From NCBI GenBank assembly GCA_965224705.1, contig OZ245056.1:1984001-2048000 (forward strand): 64,000 bases of DNA. Direction: 5' to 3'. This document shows positions 10,016-19,224 of this stretch, piece after piece. The notes under the pieces were generated by a model that was not told the origin of the DNA, did no database searches, and saw only the letters and a program-made list of their open reading frames with translations. Every line of letters starts with the position of its first letter. Within the stretch, counting starts at the first letter, position 1. A program made the translations under genes and the position numbers. Origin of the DNA: Spirochaetaceae bacterium (GTDB lineage: Bacteria > Spirochaetota > Spirochaetia > DSM-2461).

Positions 10016-10234
10016 GTGTCAGAAAGCTTGTTAAATGAACCAGGTGTTTGCATCAACGAATTAATATCTGATGAGACAAGCGTTTACAATACGCCTTGCT
10101 AACAAGATCTCTCATCACTTCAGATTGTGATTTACCGAATTGCAGCTGTAGAGGATATTAAGCTGTTACATCTGGTAAAAATCTTCTCCTTACCTGGTTG
10201 AGATGGAACCAGGCTCTTACAAGCTTCCTGACAC
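10016..10234. mobile_element. MITE, family A (219 bp)
   Basis: IRs GTGTCAGAAAGCTTGT / ACAAGCTTCCTGACAC; collinear with the reverse complement of 297-516. Confidence 0.85.
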
Positions 10235-10459
10235 TGTAATTCATGCAAAAGAACTTCTAAAAACTGATCCAGGAAATTGACGACGAGGAGGTTTGGCCTA
10301 TCTACGTGCAGTGCCCAGACAGGCAAAAAGCAGAAACTGAACTGTGTGAGCATTCTGACAACGCCGTAACAGCGAAAAGACCGGGGGCGAGAACGAAACT
10401 TTTTTCTTCTAAGGTGTCCATAAGTATTCAAAATCTGCATAACATATATAATATTCTTT

Positions 10460-10759
10460 ATGAATATTCAAGAATTCATCGCCTCCTGTGATACCGGTAT
10501 CACGGGAAGCCACTGGCCTGAAAATTGGCATCCACTGCAGCAGGCTCTGGCATTGGACAGGGCTGGACATTGGGATACCGCTCACTCAATTGCCCAGGAT
10601 GATCCAACCCCTCAGGGAAGTGCTGTTCATGCATACCTGCACCGGAAGGAAGGAGTTCAATGGAACGCTGAATACTGGTATCGCAGAGCTGGACGTCTGC
10701 CATTCAACGGTACACTGGAGGAGGAATGGAACGCGCTGGCCCTGGAGTTATTGAATTGA
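10460..10759 (+). CDS. Small conserved hypothetical protein
   Basis: WDTAHSIAQD...VHAYLHRKEG...NAEYWY pattern of a widespread uncharacterised family. Confidence 0.8.
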   Translation: MNIQEFIASCDTGITGSHWPENWHPLQQALALDRAGHWDTAHSIAQDDPTPQGSAVHAYLHRKEGVQWNAEYWYRRAGRLPFNGTLEEEWNALALELLN

Positions 10760-11484
10760 TCTCCAACAAACCGCTGGAGCATCTTCATCCCCGTCGGGAA
10801 ACGAATCTTTATCCTCCTCTGAAAAACTGGCTGGAGCATCAAGGCTACCGAGTACGGGGGGAAGTTGGGCACTGCGATCTGGCTGCAGAAAAGGAAGGAG
10901 AACTTATTGCTGTAGAGATCAAACTCCGCCCATCCCTTGCCCTGCTTTCCCAGGCTGTAAGGAGACAGGAGTATTCCGACGCCGTTTACATTGCACTCCC
11001 TCAAACACATGTTGCCAGAGGCATTCGGCAGATTTTGAAACGTCTGGGCATAGGACTTGTTTTTGTTGTATTTCTCCGCAATAAAATCAAGGTTGAAGTA
11101 GAATTTCATCCTTCACCTGAAGACAGGCCGCCGTTACGGCGGGTCAGGAAAAAGGCAATCCTCCTCCGGGAAATTGAAGGCCGGGATCTTGATCTCACTC
11201 CCGGAGGTCTTGTCGGAGGGAAATCCAGGATAACATCGTACAGACAGCAGAGTATTCGTCTGGCCGTCTGGCTTCAACAGCTTGGAACAGCCTCCCCATC
11301 ACAATTGGTGAAACTGGGCGCACGGGAGGACGCCGGCAGAATTCTTTCCCGGAATGCCTACGGCTGGTTTGAACGGGTCAATCGGGGAATTTATCGTCTT
11401 CATCCGGCTGGCTGCAAGGCATTGACCGATGTTCCTGCCCTGAGAACTCTGTACCATGATCAATTGAAGAATAAAAAAGGGTAA
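10756..11484 (+). CDS. DUF2161-family putative PD-(D/E)XK protein
   Basis: ETNLYPPLK, VRGEVGHCD, VEIK, ITSYRQ, NAYGWFERV; likely TTG start overlapping the upstream stop. Confidence 0.85.
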   Translation: MISNKPLEHLHPRRETNLYPPLKNWLEHQGYRVRGEVGHCDLAAEKEGELIAVEIKLRPSLALLSQAVRRQEYSDAVYIALPQTHVARGIRQILKRLGIGLVFVVFLRNKIKVEVEFHPSPEDRPPLRRVRKKAILLREIEGRDLDLTPGGLVGGKSRITSYRQQSIRLAVWLQQLGTASPSQLVKLGAREDAGRILSRNAYGWFERVNRGIYRLHPAGCKALTDVPALRTLYHDQLKNKKG

Positions 11485-11529
11485 CCACAAAGTGGTTACC
11501 CTTAAGGAGAGATTAAATGGAAAACAGTA

Positions 11530-12954
11530 TCATTTCTTGTTAAGAATGAACTCCAGTTCCTGGTTTTTCCGAACTATTTTTATTTCCAGTTTATTCCTGC
11601 TGTTAACAAGACTAAAAAAGTGCTTTAAGCTTTTCACATTCCGCCCATTGATAGATTTTACTATATCGCCGCTTCTAATCCCCAATATGGAGGCAGGGCT
11701 GTCCTTGATCGTACTTCCAACAAGAATCTTGCCGGCAGACCGGGAGATGTTCATTTGTTCCCTGAACTCACTTGTGATGGGAACGGCAGTGAAGCCCGGC
11801 CAGACATTGAGTTTCGGTCCATCTTTTTCTATCGTTCGAACAGCCAGATTCAGCTCAAGACTGATGGTTCTCCCATCTCTGATCAGCGTTACAGGAACCT
11901 TTTCACCAGGGGATCGTGTGGTCACTGCACGGGTAAGATCATCGGCACCGGATATTTTCTGTCCGCCAAGCCTGATAATCAAATCACCAGGTTGAATTCC
12001 GCTTCCCATGGCTGGGGACTTCCCGTACACACTGTGAATGAATGCGCCTGTTTGATCATCAAAATCGAGTTCATCGGAAATCATCTTGTTAACATCCCCC
12101 GCATTAACCCCCAACCAGGCATATTCAACGGATCCTTTAACAATGAAGTCATTTATATCTTTCCGGGCATTATTAATGGGGATGGAAAATCCAAGTCCCA
12201 TGCTCCCTCCGGAGTTGGACTTTATGAGTGTATTGATACCGATAACCTCCCCATCAAGATTAACCAGGGGGCCGCCGGAATTGCCTCGATTTATCGAGGC
12301 ATCAGTCTGGAGATAATCAGTGTATCTCTGCCCGGGACCAACCCCTACCGTTCGTTCTTTGGCACTGATAATTCCCACTGTAACAGTTGAATCCAGTCCC
12401 ATTGGGCTTCCCATAGCCAATACCCAGTCACCAACCCACACATCATCAGAGTCTCCCAGCCTGGCGATTGGAATTTTCTCATTGGTTTTGAATGATACCA
12501 GAGCCAGATCTCTGAGCTGGTCACCCCCTACCAGTTCACCCATGAAGACTCTTTCATCACTGAGGGTTATTTTTATTTCATCAGCATTATCGACAACATG
12601 ATTGTTTGTAAGGACGTAGATTTTGTTGTCACGGCGTTCAACAATAACTCCAGAACCCAATCCCTCGCTGCGGAATTGTCCGTTACCAAAGGGATTCTCA
12701 TAATTCGGTCTACCGGGAAATCTGAAGAAGAACTCAAAGGGATTAACGGTATCCGCTTCCGGGTTGTTCACCGTATCAATTTGTACAACAACAGGCAGTA
12801 CATCTCTGGCAATCTTTCTGAAAGTGTTTTGAAGTTCACGGGCAGCATTGGTAGATTGAGCAGAAACCTGTGCTGCAAATATAAAACTGATTATGAAAAT
12901 CAAAAATCCTGATGAAATTCTTTGCCTGTTCCGGCGTAGCAGTGTTATATTCAT
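11530..12954 (-). CDS. htrA: HtrA/DegP-family serine protease with two PDZ domains
   Basis: Signal peptide, TNNHVV, DLAL, QTDASINRGNSGGPL. Confidence 0.93.
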   Translation of the reverse strand: MNITLLRRNRQRISSGFLIFIISFIFAAQVSAQSTNAARELQNTFRKIARDVLPVVVQIDTVNNPEADTVNPFEFFFRFPGRPNYENPFGNGQFRSEGLGSGVIVERRDNKIYVLTNNHVVDNADEIKITLSDERVFMGELVGGDQLRDLALVSFKTNEKIPIARLGDSDDVWVGDWVLAMGSPMGLDSTVTVGIISAKERTVGVGPGQRYTDYLQTDASINRGNSGGPLVNLDGEVIGINTLIKSNSGGSMGLGFSIPINNARKDINDFIVKGSVEYAWLGVNAGDVNKMISDELDFDDQTGAFIHSVYGKSPAMGSGIQPGDLIIRLGGQKISGADDLTRAVTTRSPGEKVPVTLIRDGRTISLELNLAVRTIEKDGPKLNVWPGFTAVPITSEFREQMNISRSAGKILVGSTIKDSPASILGIRSGDIVKSINGRNVKSLKHFFSLVNSRNKLEIKIVRKNQELEFILNKK

Positions 12955-12960
12955 GCTCTT

Positions 12961-13003
12961 ATCATAACTTTGTAACCTTGCCGCATTCTTGCCGGAGTCT
13001 TAC
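12961..13003 (-). promoter_or_regulatory. htrA promoter: three G(T/C)AAG direct repeats at 11 bp period plus -10 TATGAT
   Basis: Minus strand GTAAGactccgGCAAGaatgcgGCAAG...TATGAT-N6-ATG. Confidence 0.55.
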
Positions 13004-14403
13004 GATTGTGAAATGTTTGGAAATTCTATGTGAAAAACAGCTCCTCTTCCCTTTCTTCTAAGAATTGAGATGCTGCCGCGATGAGCTTCCAGTAGAGCTC
13101 TCACCATGCTCAGTCCCAAACCCAGACCACGTGAACCACGGCTTCTATCTCCCCTGTAAAGGCGCTCAAATATCCGGTATTCCTCATCTTCAGGGACTCC
13201 CGGGCCGTCATCAGCAACCTCCAGAATGCTTTTGTCTTTCTCACTGTAGCAATGAATATCTATCCGGCTCCCTTCAGGGCTGTATTTGATGGCATTGTCT
13301 ACAAGATTTCCAAGAATTTGTCTGATCCGGACTGGATCTCCAGTCATCAGTACGGATTTTGAAGCATGAAGTTTCATTGTTTGACCCTTATCCTCCGAGA
13401 TGAAGCTGTACATTTCCATGACTTCTGCGGCCAGAATACGGAGGTCGCAGAGTTCTGCATTGAGTTCAAGCATACCCTGCTCGGCTTCGGCAATATCCAT
13501 TATTGCGGACAGAAGCTGTCCCACCTGATCTGTTTGCTCAACGATAACAGCCAGGGCCTCTTCATATTCCTCTGTCTTTCCTCTTGATAATGCGATTTCA
13601 GCATGGCCTCTCAGACGTGTCAGGGGTGTTCGAAGATCGTGGGCCACAGCATCCAGAGTTTCCTTCATTCCGCCAATGAGCGATTCGACTCTGTCAAGAA
13701 GGCGGTTATATCGGACGATGACTCCGTCAAACTGATCTCCAGTTCCCGATCTTTCCAGTCGACGGCTCAATTCTCCTGTTACAATGATACGGTCTATCTC
13801 CTGATTCAGTTTCCGAATTGGATGAAGCAGCCGTCGGGAGGCGATAATACCAACAATGATTCCGGCCAGGGCAATCCCCAGTAATGCAGCAGGATAGTAG
13901 CTTTGATACAATCGAATCAGTAATTCTCTGTTTTCGGAGCTTATGCCAACGACCATTCGGGTACCATCTTCCATCTCGGTCCCGGTCAGCAGGAGTGAGA
14001 AGGCATTATCCACATATCGGAGGGTAAGATATGCACCAGGATTGAGCATATCCAGTGCTGGATCCATTAAATCAAACTGGTCCCATCCGCTTGGAATCAC
14101 GCCTCCCACAACTTCCCCATTGACATCTTTTAACAAAAGCAGAAAGGGCTGTCCTCCCTGCTCTTTCATATCCATCTCAGCTCTCTCCAGAATTGCTTCA
14201 TTGCCCCCATACTGCCATTCTGCCCAGTATGAGAGGAGACGCGAGTCCAATAATGCCTCATTCTGATCCCGGAAGCTCATTGCAAGAGAGCCAAGAAGTA
14301 TGCCAAAAACAATTAATGAAACGAAGGCGGCAGCCAGTGTAACGATTAAAACCAGTTTAACACTGAGACGTTGAAAGGGGTTCTCAAGGTTTTTCCAGGA
14401 CAT
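13000..14403 (-). CDS. Sensor histidine kinase (2 TM, HAMP, HisKA, HATPase)
   Basis: AHDLRTPL, NLVDNAIKY, DDGPG, GLGLGL. Confidence 0.93.
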   Translation of the reverse strand: MSWKNLENPFQRLSVKLVLIVTLAAAFVSLIVFGILLGSLAMSFRDQNEALLDSRLLSYWAEWQYGGNEAILERAEMDMKEQGGQPFLLLLKDVNGEVVGGVIPSGWDQFDLMDPALDMLNPGAYLTLRYVDNAFSLLLTGTEMEDGTRMVVGISSENRELLIRLYQSYYPAALLGIALAGIIVGIIASRRLLHPIRKLNQEIDRIIVTGELSRRLERSGTGDQFDGVIVRYNRLLDRVESLIGGMKETLDAVAHDLRTPLTRLRGHAEIALSRGKTEEYEEALAVIVEQTDQVGQLLSAIMDIAEAEQGMLELNAELCDLRILAAEVMEMYSFISEDKGQTMKLHASKSVLMTGDPVRIRQILGNLVDNAIKYSPEGSRIDIHCYSEKDKSILEVADDGPGVPEDEEYRIFERLYRGDRSRGSRGLGLGLSMVRALLEAHRGSISILRRKGRGAVFHIEFPNISQS

Positions 14404-15058
14404 ATCCCATTCCGCGCACTGTCCGAATCATTTTTTTGGGAAATCCTTTGTCTATACGACTGCGTAAACGTGAAACCAATACATCGACTACGTTTGTCTG
14501 AGGGTCGAAATCATATCCCCATACTTTTTCAAGAATGAGAGTTTTTGTAACAACCACACCGGCACTTCTCATCAGGAATTCAAGAAGAGTGTACTCTCTG
14601 GGCTGAAGTTCAATCAGTTCCCCGGCTCGTGTTACCTTCCGGGTAAGGGGATCAAGTGTCAGGTCAGCAATGCGCAGTTCCTGTGCCGCAACGGAACGTC
14701 CTCCCCGGCGGATAAGGGCTTCAACACGAACCAGAAGTTCAGCAAAAACAAAGGGTTTCACAAGATAGTCATCGCCGCCGGCTTTCAGTCCTTTGACTCT
14801 GTCATCGACACTTCTCCGAGCACTGAGTATGAGAACAGGAGTGTGAATATCCGCATTCCGCATTTCAGACAGGATGGATAGCCCATCCTTGCCCGGAAGC
14901 ATGAGATCAAGAATAACGATGTCATACAGTCCAGACATGGCCAGTGTCATACCGTCGTTCCCATCCAGGTTCACATCAACACCATAACCAGCTTCCCGCA
15001 GTCCTTTGGATACAAAGGAGGCAATATCAGGATCGTCCTCAACAAATAAAACTTTCAT
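14384..15058 (-). CDS. OmpR-family response regulator, CusR/CopR-like
   Basis: MKVLFVEDD, LDLMLP, DDYLVKPF, FDPQTNVVDV, IRTVRGMGY; start moved to ATG at 15058. Confidence 0.93.
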   Translation of the reverse strand: MKVLFVEDDPDIASFVSKGLREAGYGVDVNLDGNDGMTLAMSGLYDIVILDLMLPGKDGLSILSEMRNADIHTPVLILSARRSVDDRVKGLKAGGDDYLVKPFVFAELLVRVEALIRRGGRSVAAQELRIADLTLDPLTRKVTRAGELIELQPREYTLLEFLMRSAGVVVTKTLILEKVWGYDFDPQTNVVDVLVSRLRSRIDKGFPKKMIRTVRGMGYVLEKP

Positions 15059-15106
15059 AAACAATACTCCATACCTGAATAAGATACAGCAAAAATGGTG
15101 AAATTG

Positions 15107-15126
15107 AAATGACAATTCCGTAAGCT
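15107..15126 (-). promoter_or_regulatory. Candidate CusR/CopR-type operator
   Basis: AAATGACAATTCCGTAAGCT resembles the CusR half-site AAAATGACAA and cop-box AGCTTAC; about 50 bp upstream of the regulator. Confidence 0.5.
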
Positions 15127-15265
15127 GAAAGTTTTTGTCGCGGGAGATGAGACTAATTCTCATCCATGTGCTAGAATAGCTTACAAACGATTGGGATTAT
15201 TCCCATCTTCTCTGGTTGGAGTACTGCCTTCAACGTAACTATCTTTCTGGGTATTGCGAGTTGAT

Positions 15266-16087
15266 ATGAGTAAAATAATTGGTGTTATCGGAGCTGGTAA
15301 TATGGGTGGAGCTATAATCCATGGCCTGATTTCCAGCAGGAAATACATGGATACCAGGATTCTGGTATCAGATCCCCGCCAGGATGTGCTGAATACTCTC
15401 AAGGGAAAATATCCCGAAATTGACACCAGTACATCAAACCTGAATACTGTAGACGCAGATGTTTTAATACTGGCTATTAAGCCGCCTGACTACCCCGATG
15501 TTATTTCCGAAACAGGCCGAAATCTTAAAAAAGATGTAATCATAGTCAGTATTGCAGCAGGAATAACGCTGGACATGCTCAATGGGTGGCTGGAGCGGTT
15601 CATAAACAAGCCTGCAAAGATTGTAAGAGTAATGCCCAATATTCCCGCTTTGATTTCAAAGGGAATGACAGGACTGTGTCCTGGATTTGGAGCGGCTGAA
15701 CAGGACGTGGAAACCGTCCGGCAGATTTTCACAGTTGTCGGCCGTACCGTCGTAATGCCGGAAAATTTAATGGACGCCTATACTGCTCTGGCTGGATCTT
15801 CGCCCGCCTGGGTTTTCATGTTTATCGAAGCATTGGCTGATGGTGCTGTGAGAGAAGGTATTCCCCGGGCAACCGCTTATACGGTTGCGGCCCAGGCTGT
15901 TCTGGGGTCAGCAGAAATGGTTCTGGAGAGTTGTATTCATCCAGGCGAATTGAAGGACCGTGTCTGTTCTCCTGGTGGAACCACAATTGAGGCGGTAGCG
16001 ACTCTGGAAAAAGCTGGATTCCGTTCTGCCATAATACAGGCGGTAGAAGACTGCACCCGCAAGTGCCGGGAATTGGTGAACAGATGA
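15266..16087 (+). CDS. proC: Pyrroline-5-carboxylate reductase
   Basis: IGAGNMG, RVMPN, GSSPA, VCSPGGTT. Confidence 0.96.
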   Translation: MSKIIGVIGAGNMGGAIIHGLISSRKYMDTRILVSDPRQDVLNTLKGKYPEIDTSTSNLNTVDADVLILAIKPPDYPDVISETGRNLKKDVIIVSIAAGITLDMLNGWLERFINKPAKIVRVMPNIPALISKGMTGLCPGFGAAEQDVETVRQIFTVVGRTVVMPENLMDAYTALAGSSPAWVFMFIEALADGAVREGIPRATAYTVAAQAVLGSAEMVLESCIHPGELKDRVCSPGGTTIEAVATLEKAGFRSAIIQAVEDCTRKCRELVNR

Positions 16088-18351
16088 AAAAAGAACGAAA
16101 ACCGAATATAGACATGATTTGTTCGATTGATGAACTGAAGGCTCTATTCAAGCAGGGACAGAGTATTCAGGGCTTTCTATCCCAGGTTGTTTCCATAATC
16201 AGCCAGCACATGGACACAGATGCCTGTACTATTTTCCTGTACAATGAGAAGAAAGAGGAACTGGTACTTCGGGCAACCGTTGGTTTGAACTCTGAATTAA
16301 TCGGAAAACTGACAATTGGAATCAATGAAGGTCTGGCTGGCCTTGCACTGAAGGAACTGCGTCCGATTCTGGAGGAACGTGGACAGGACAATCCAAACTT
16401 CAAGGTTATCCCCCACAGTGGGGAAGATCGTTTTTCTTCCTACCTGGCAGTTCCCATAGTTCGGGGAATTCAAAAGGTGGGTGTCCTGGTTCTCCAGGAT
16501 GAAGAAGCCCGGCATTTTTCCAGGAGAAATGTTCTGACACTCATGACGATCGCTTCCCAGCTGGCGGCAACGCTTGAGAATGCACAGCTCATTATCGAGA
16601 AATCAAAGATCAGCAAATCAGATGATTTTGACCAGAGTTCCATGCGTATACTGCGCGGGACACCATTGGTGGAGGGAGTGGCCCTGGGTGAGGCATACCA
16701 TGTAGAAGGCCCCAGGGCCGAAAATCATCTGGTAAAGGCCTGTGATGTTGGTTATTCGGAAACACTGGAGGGTTTTCGGCAGGCTATCTCTCGAACTGAG
16801 GAGCAGCTCAAAGCTCTACAGGCTCAACTCGAAATAGAATTGGCCGATGTTGCGTCCCTCATTTTCAGTGCCCACCTGCTCATACTGCGGGATGCTGGTT
16901 TCTTTGGAGCTATGGAAGCACTGATTGAGGAAGGGGTACTGCCCTGTCAGGCTGTTGAGAGAATTGCCAATGAATACATTGGAGTATTTGGAGACAGTGA
17001 CAATCCCCGCATGAAGGAAAAAATTCTGGATATAAAGGACCTTGGTCACCGTATCCTTAAAAATCTACTTCAAAATGATACTGACAGGGGAGATTATACC
17101 GGCCAGTTAATACTCACAAATGAATTGCTGCCATCGGAGTTATTGAAGTTGGCCGCCCAGAAGGTGGAAGGAATTGTTGTGTTTGGCGGCAGCATGACTG
17201 CTCACATCACAGTCCTGGCCTCATCACTTCAGGTTCCAATGATGTTTACGGAAGATGACAGTCTGTTCAGCATACCGCCAAACACAAACCTGGCCCTTGA
17301 TGCTATTCAAGGTCTTCTTTTCATTCAGCCGGATGAAGCTGTCCGCAAGCGTGTATATCAGCTCAAAGTTGGAACCGACCGTTTGAACAGGATTGAGGCG
17401 ATAACGGACAGCCAGCCCTGTACATCTGATGGAATAAGTATTCATCTGAAGGCCACCGTGAATCTGTTGTCAGATTTGAAACTTGCCCGGAAACTCAACG
17501 TTGAAGGGATAGGATTATACCGAAGTGAATTCCCCTTCCTGATTCGCAATGATTTCCCTTCCGAAGAAGAACAATACCAGATCTACAGGCAGGTGGTCGA
17601 TGCCATGAAGGATTCTCCGGCTACTTTGCGAACTCTGGATGTTGGCGGGGATAAGATGCTGAGCTATCTGCCTTCCAAAGATGAGCCCAATCCCTTCCTT
17701 GGACTTCGGGGTATCCGTTTCCTGTTGAAAAACGAACTGGTATTTGTCCGGCAGGTTAGAGCCATGATACGTGCTGGCGGACAGAATAGAACGATTCGAA
17801 TTCTATTTCCTCTGATTTCCTCACTGGATGATTTCAGAAATGCCAGAAACATTGTTAAGAAATGCCTTGATGAGTTGGAGAAAGATGGATCTGGAACTTT
17901 CTCCATGCCTGATTGCGGTGCGATGATAGAGCTGCCTTCTGCTGTTATGCTGGCCCAGGAACTGGCCGATGAGGCGGATTTTCTTTCAATAGGGACGAAC
18001 GACCTTATACAGTACACCCTGGGAGTTGATAGAACCAATGAGAAAGTGGCAAATCTTTTTGATACCTGCCATCCATCGGTTCTGAGGGCGATTAAAACTG
18101 TGGCCGTAGCCGCTCAACGATCTGATTGTCCAGTATCAATTTGTGGTATCATGGCTTCTGATCCCCGATCTGTCTATTACATGCTGGGCCTGGGTATCAA
18201 AGAGTTTTCACTGGTTCCCGGAAGAATCCCTGATCTGCTGACATCAATAGCTGAAATGAGTGCGAAAAAAGCCTGCAAAGATGCTGAAGAAATTTCACAG
18301 CTGGGAACATTGACAGAGATTCGGGAGTATTTCGTAAAGAATGGTATATAG
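16084..18351 (+). CDS. ptsP: GAF-containing PTS enzyme I (EI-Ntr-like)
   Basis: N-terminal GAF, GSMTAH phospho-His, GLYRSEF, EPNPFLGLRGIR, SIGTNDL; ATGA overlap with proC. Confidence 0.9.
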   Translation: MKKERKPNIDMICSIDELKALFKQGQSIQGFLSQVVSIISQHMDTDACTIFLYNEKKEELVLRATVGLNSELIGKLTIGINEGLAGLALKELRPILEERGQDNPNFKVIPHSGEDRFSSYLAVPIVRGIQKVGVLVLQDEEARHFSRRNVLTLMTIASQLAATLENAQLIIEKSKISKSDDFDQSSMRILRGTPLVEGVALGEAYHVEGPRAENHLVKACDVGYSETLEGFRQAISRTEEQLKALQAQLEIELADVASLIFSAHLLILRDAGFFGAMEALIEEGVLPCQAVERIANEYIGVFGDSDNPRMKEKILDIKDLGHRILKNLLQNDTDRGDYTGQLILTNELLPSELLKLAAQKVEGIVVFGGSMTAHITVLASSLQVPMMFTEDDSLFSIPPNTNLALDAIQGLLFIQPDEAVRKRVYQLKVGTDRLNRIEAITDSQPCTSDGISIHLKATVNLLSDLKLARKLNVEGIGLYRSEFPFLIRNDFPSEEEQYQIYRQVVDAMKDSPATLRTLDVGGDKMLSYLPSKDEPNPFLGLRGIRFLLKNELVFVRQVRAMIRAGGQNRTIRILFPLISSLDDFRNARNIVKKCLDELEKDGSGTFSMPDCGAMIELPSAVMLAQELADEADFLSIGTNDLIQYTLGVDRTNEKVANLFDTCHPSVLRAIKTVAVAAQRSDCPVSICGIMASDPRSVYYMLGLGIKEFSLVPGRIPDLLTSIAEMSAKKACKDAEEISQLGTLTEIREYFVKNGI

Positions 18352-18376
18352 TGTCAGGAATCTTGTTACAGCCTGG
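18351..18376. repeat. Isolated end of MITE family A
   Basis: GTGTCAGGAATCTTGTTACAGCCTGG matches the end at 297-322. Confidence 0.75.
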
Positions 18377-18426
18377 CTAGTATACTATAAACCTTAATAT
18401 TGCCCATGTCTATCACCCATGTTACC

Positions 18427-18640
18427 CAGGGCAATCGCATCTAAAATCCACTTATGAAAGCCTTATTCATGATTCTTAACCGCAGAGGACGCAGAGAGCG
18501 CAGAGTGTTCAAGGTAATTATTCACATCACAACGATAACAAAAAGTTGACAAATTCCTCCTATTGAAGGAAACTCCATTCGTTCCCCCAAGAATTAGTGT
18601 TTTTCATTTTTTTGGGATAGAATTAGATGCGATTGCCCTG
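18427..18640. mobile_element. ISAs1-type MITE, 214 bp (family C)
   Basis: Perfect 18 bp IRs CAGGGCAATCGCATCTAA and perfect 10 bp target duplication CCATGTTACC. Confidence 0.88.
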
Positions 18641-18819
18641 CCATGTTACCTTTGTTAGCTTTGTTTTGAGAGATTGAGTTTAACAGAGTTCGGTGCTTTT
18701 TGTTTTCTTTGTCTCGGGGCTTTAGATCACCCACACAACAGGGAGCCTAAGGTTTTATTCCCGTGTGCTTACATCTGATGAAGTAGGATTACTGTATAAG
18801 AAATAACGGATGAAATCTG

Positions 18820-18894
18820 TTCGTGTTTTTCGTGTGGTTCGTGGTTCCTATTGAGATGAGGTTTTTTTACCACGAAAGGCACGAAAGACACGAA
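18820..18894. repeat. Inverted pair of 9-bp-period repeats (TTCGTG x3 / CACGAA x3)
   Basis: TTCGTG at 18820/18829/18838; CACGAA at 18871/18880/18889. Confidence 0.85.
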
Positions 18895-18909
18895 AATTTG
18901 GTGGATAGA

Positions 18910-19110
18910 AGCTGGCTGAATACAGCGGAAATAGAATTAAGTGCCTATAAGCGGCAATGTCTCAATCGCCGGATACCAACCATTGAACAACTGGTTCAGG
19001 AAACAGAAATGTTAAATTGGGATAGAAATAACTCTGCAAATAAAGTCAATTGGCCGTTTACCGCCAAGGATGCTCGGATAAAGCTGAAAAGACTTTATCT
19101 GCAGGTTTAG
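18910..19110 (+). pseudogene. IS630-family transposase, C-terminal remnant
   Basis: SWLNTAEIELS...QCLNRRI...VNWPFTAKDARIKLKRLY; followed by GTACTAG end at 19127. Confidence 0.85.
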
Positions 19111-19152
19111 GGATTATAAGGTACTAGCTTAGGTTTTACCTGTCGATAGAAG

Positions 19153-19215
19153 GTCGCCTTGCATCAGGAAAAAGTCAGCAGAAATCGCCTCAAAGTCTCA
19201 AAGTCCGGCAGGCTT
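19153..19215 (+). repeat. Partial copy of MITE family B (right part)
   Basis: GTCGCCTTGCATCAGGAAAAA...AAAGTCCGGCAGGCTT matches the 3' part of 41299-41459. Confidence 0.85.
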
Positions 19216-19224
19216 CCCGGGGGA

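Noticed and set aside
10240..10491. Short ORFs after the second family A MITE
   Set aside because: No motifs and no credible start signals
11755..12390. Long antisense ORFs (also 7858-8388, 42111-42794, 44811-45296)
   Set aside because: Shadow frames of well-supported genes on the opposite strand
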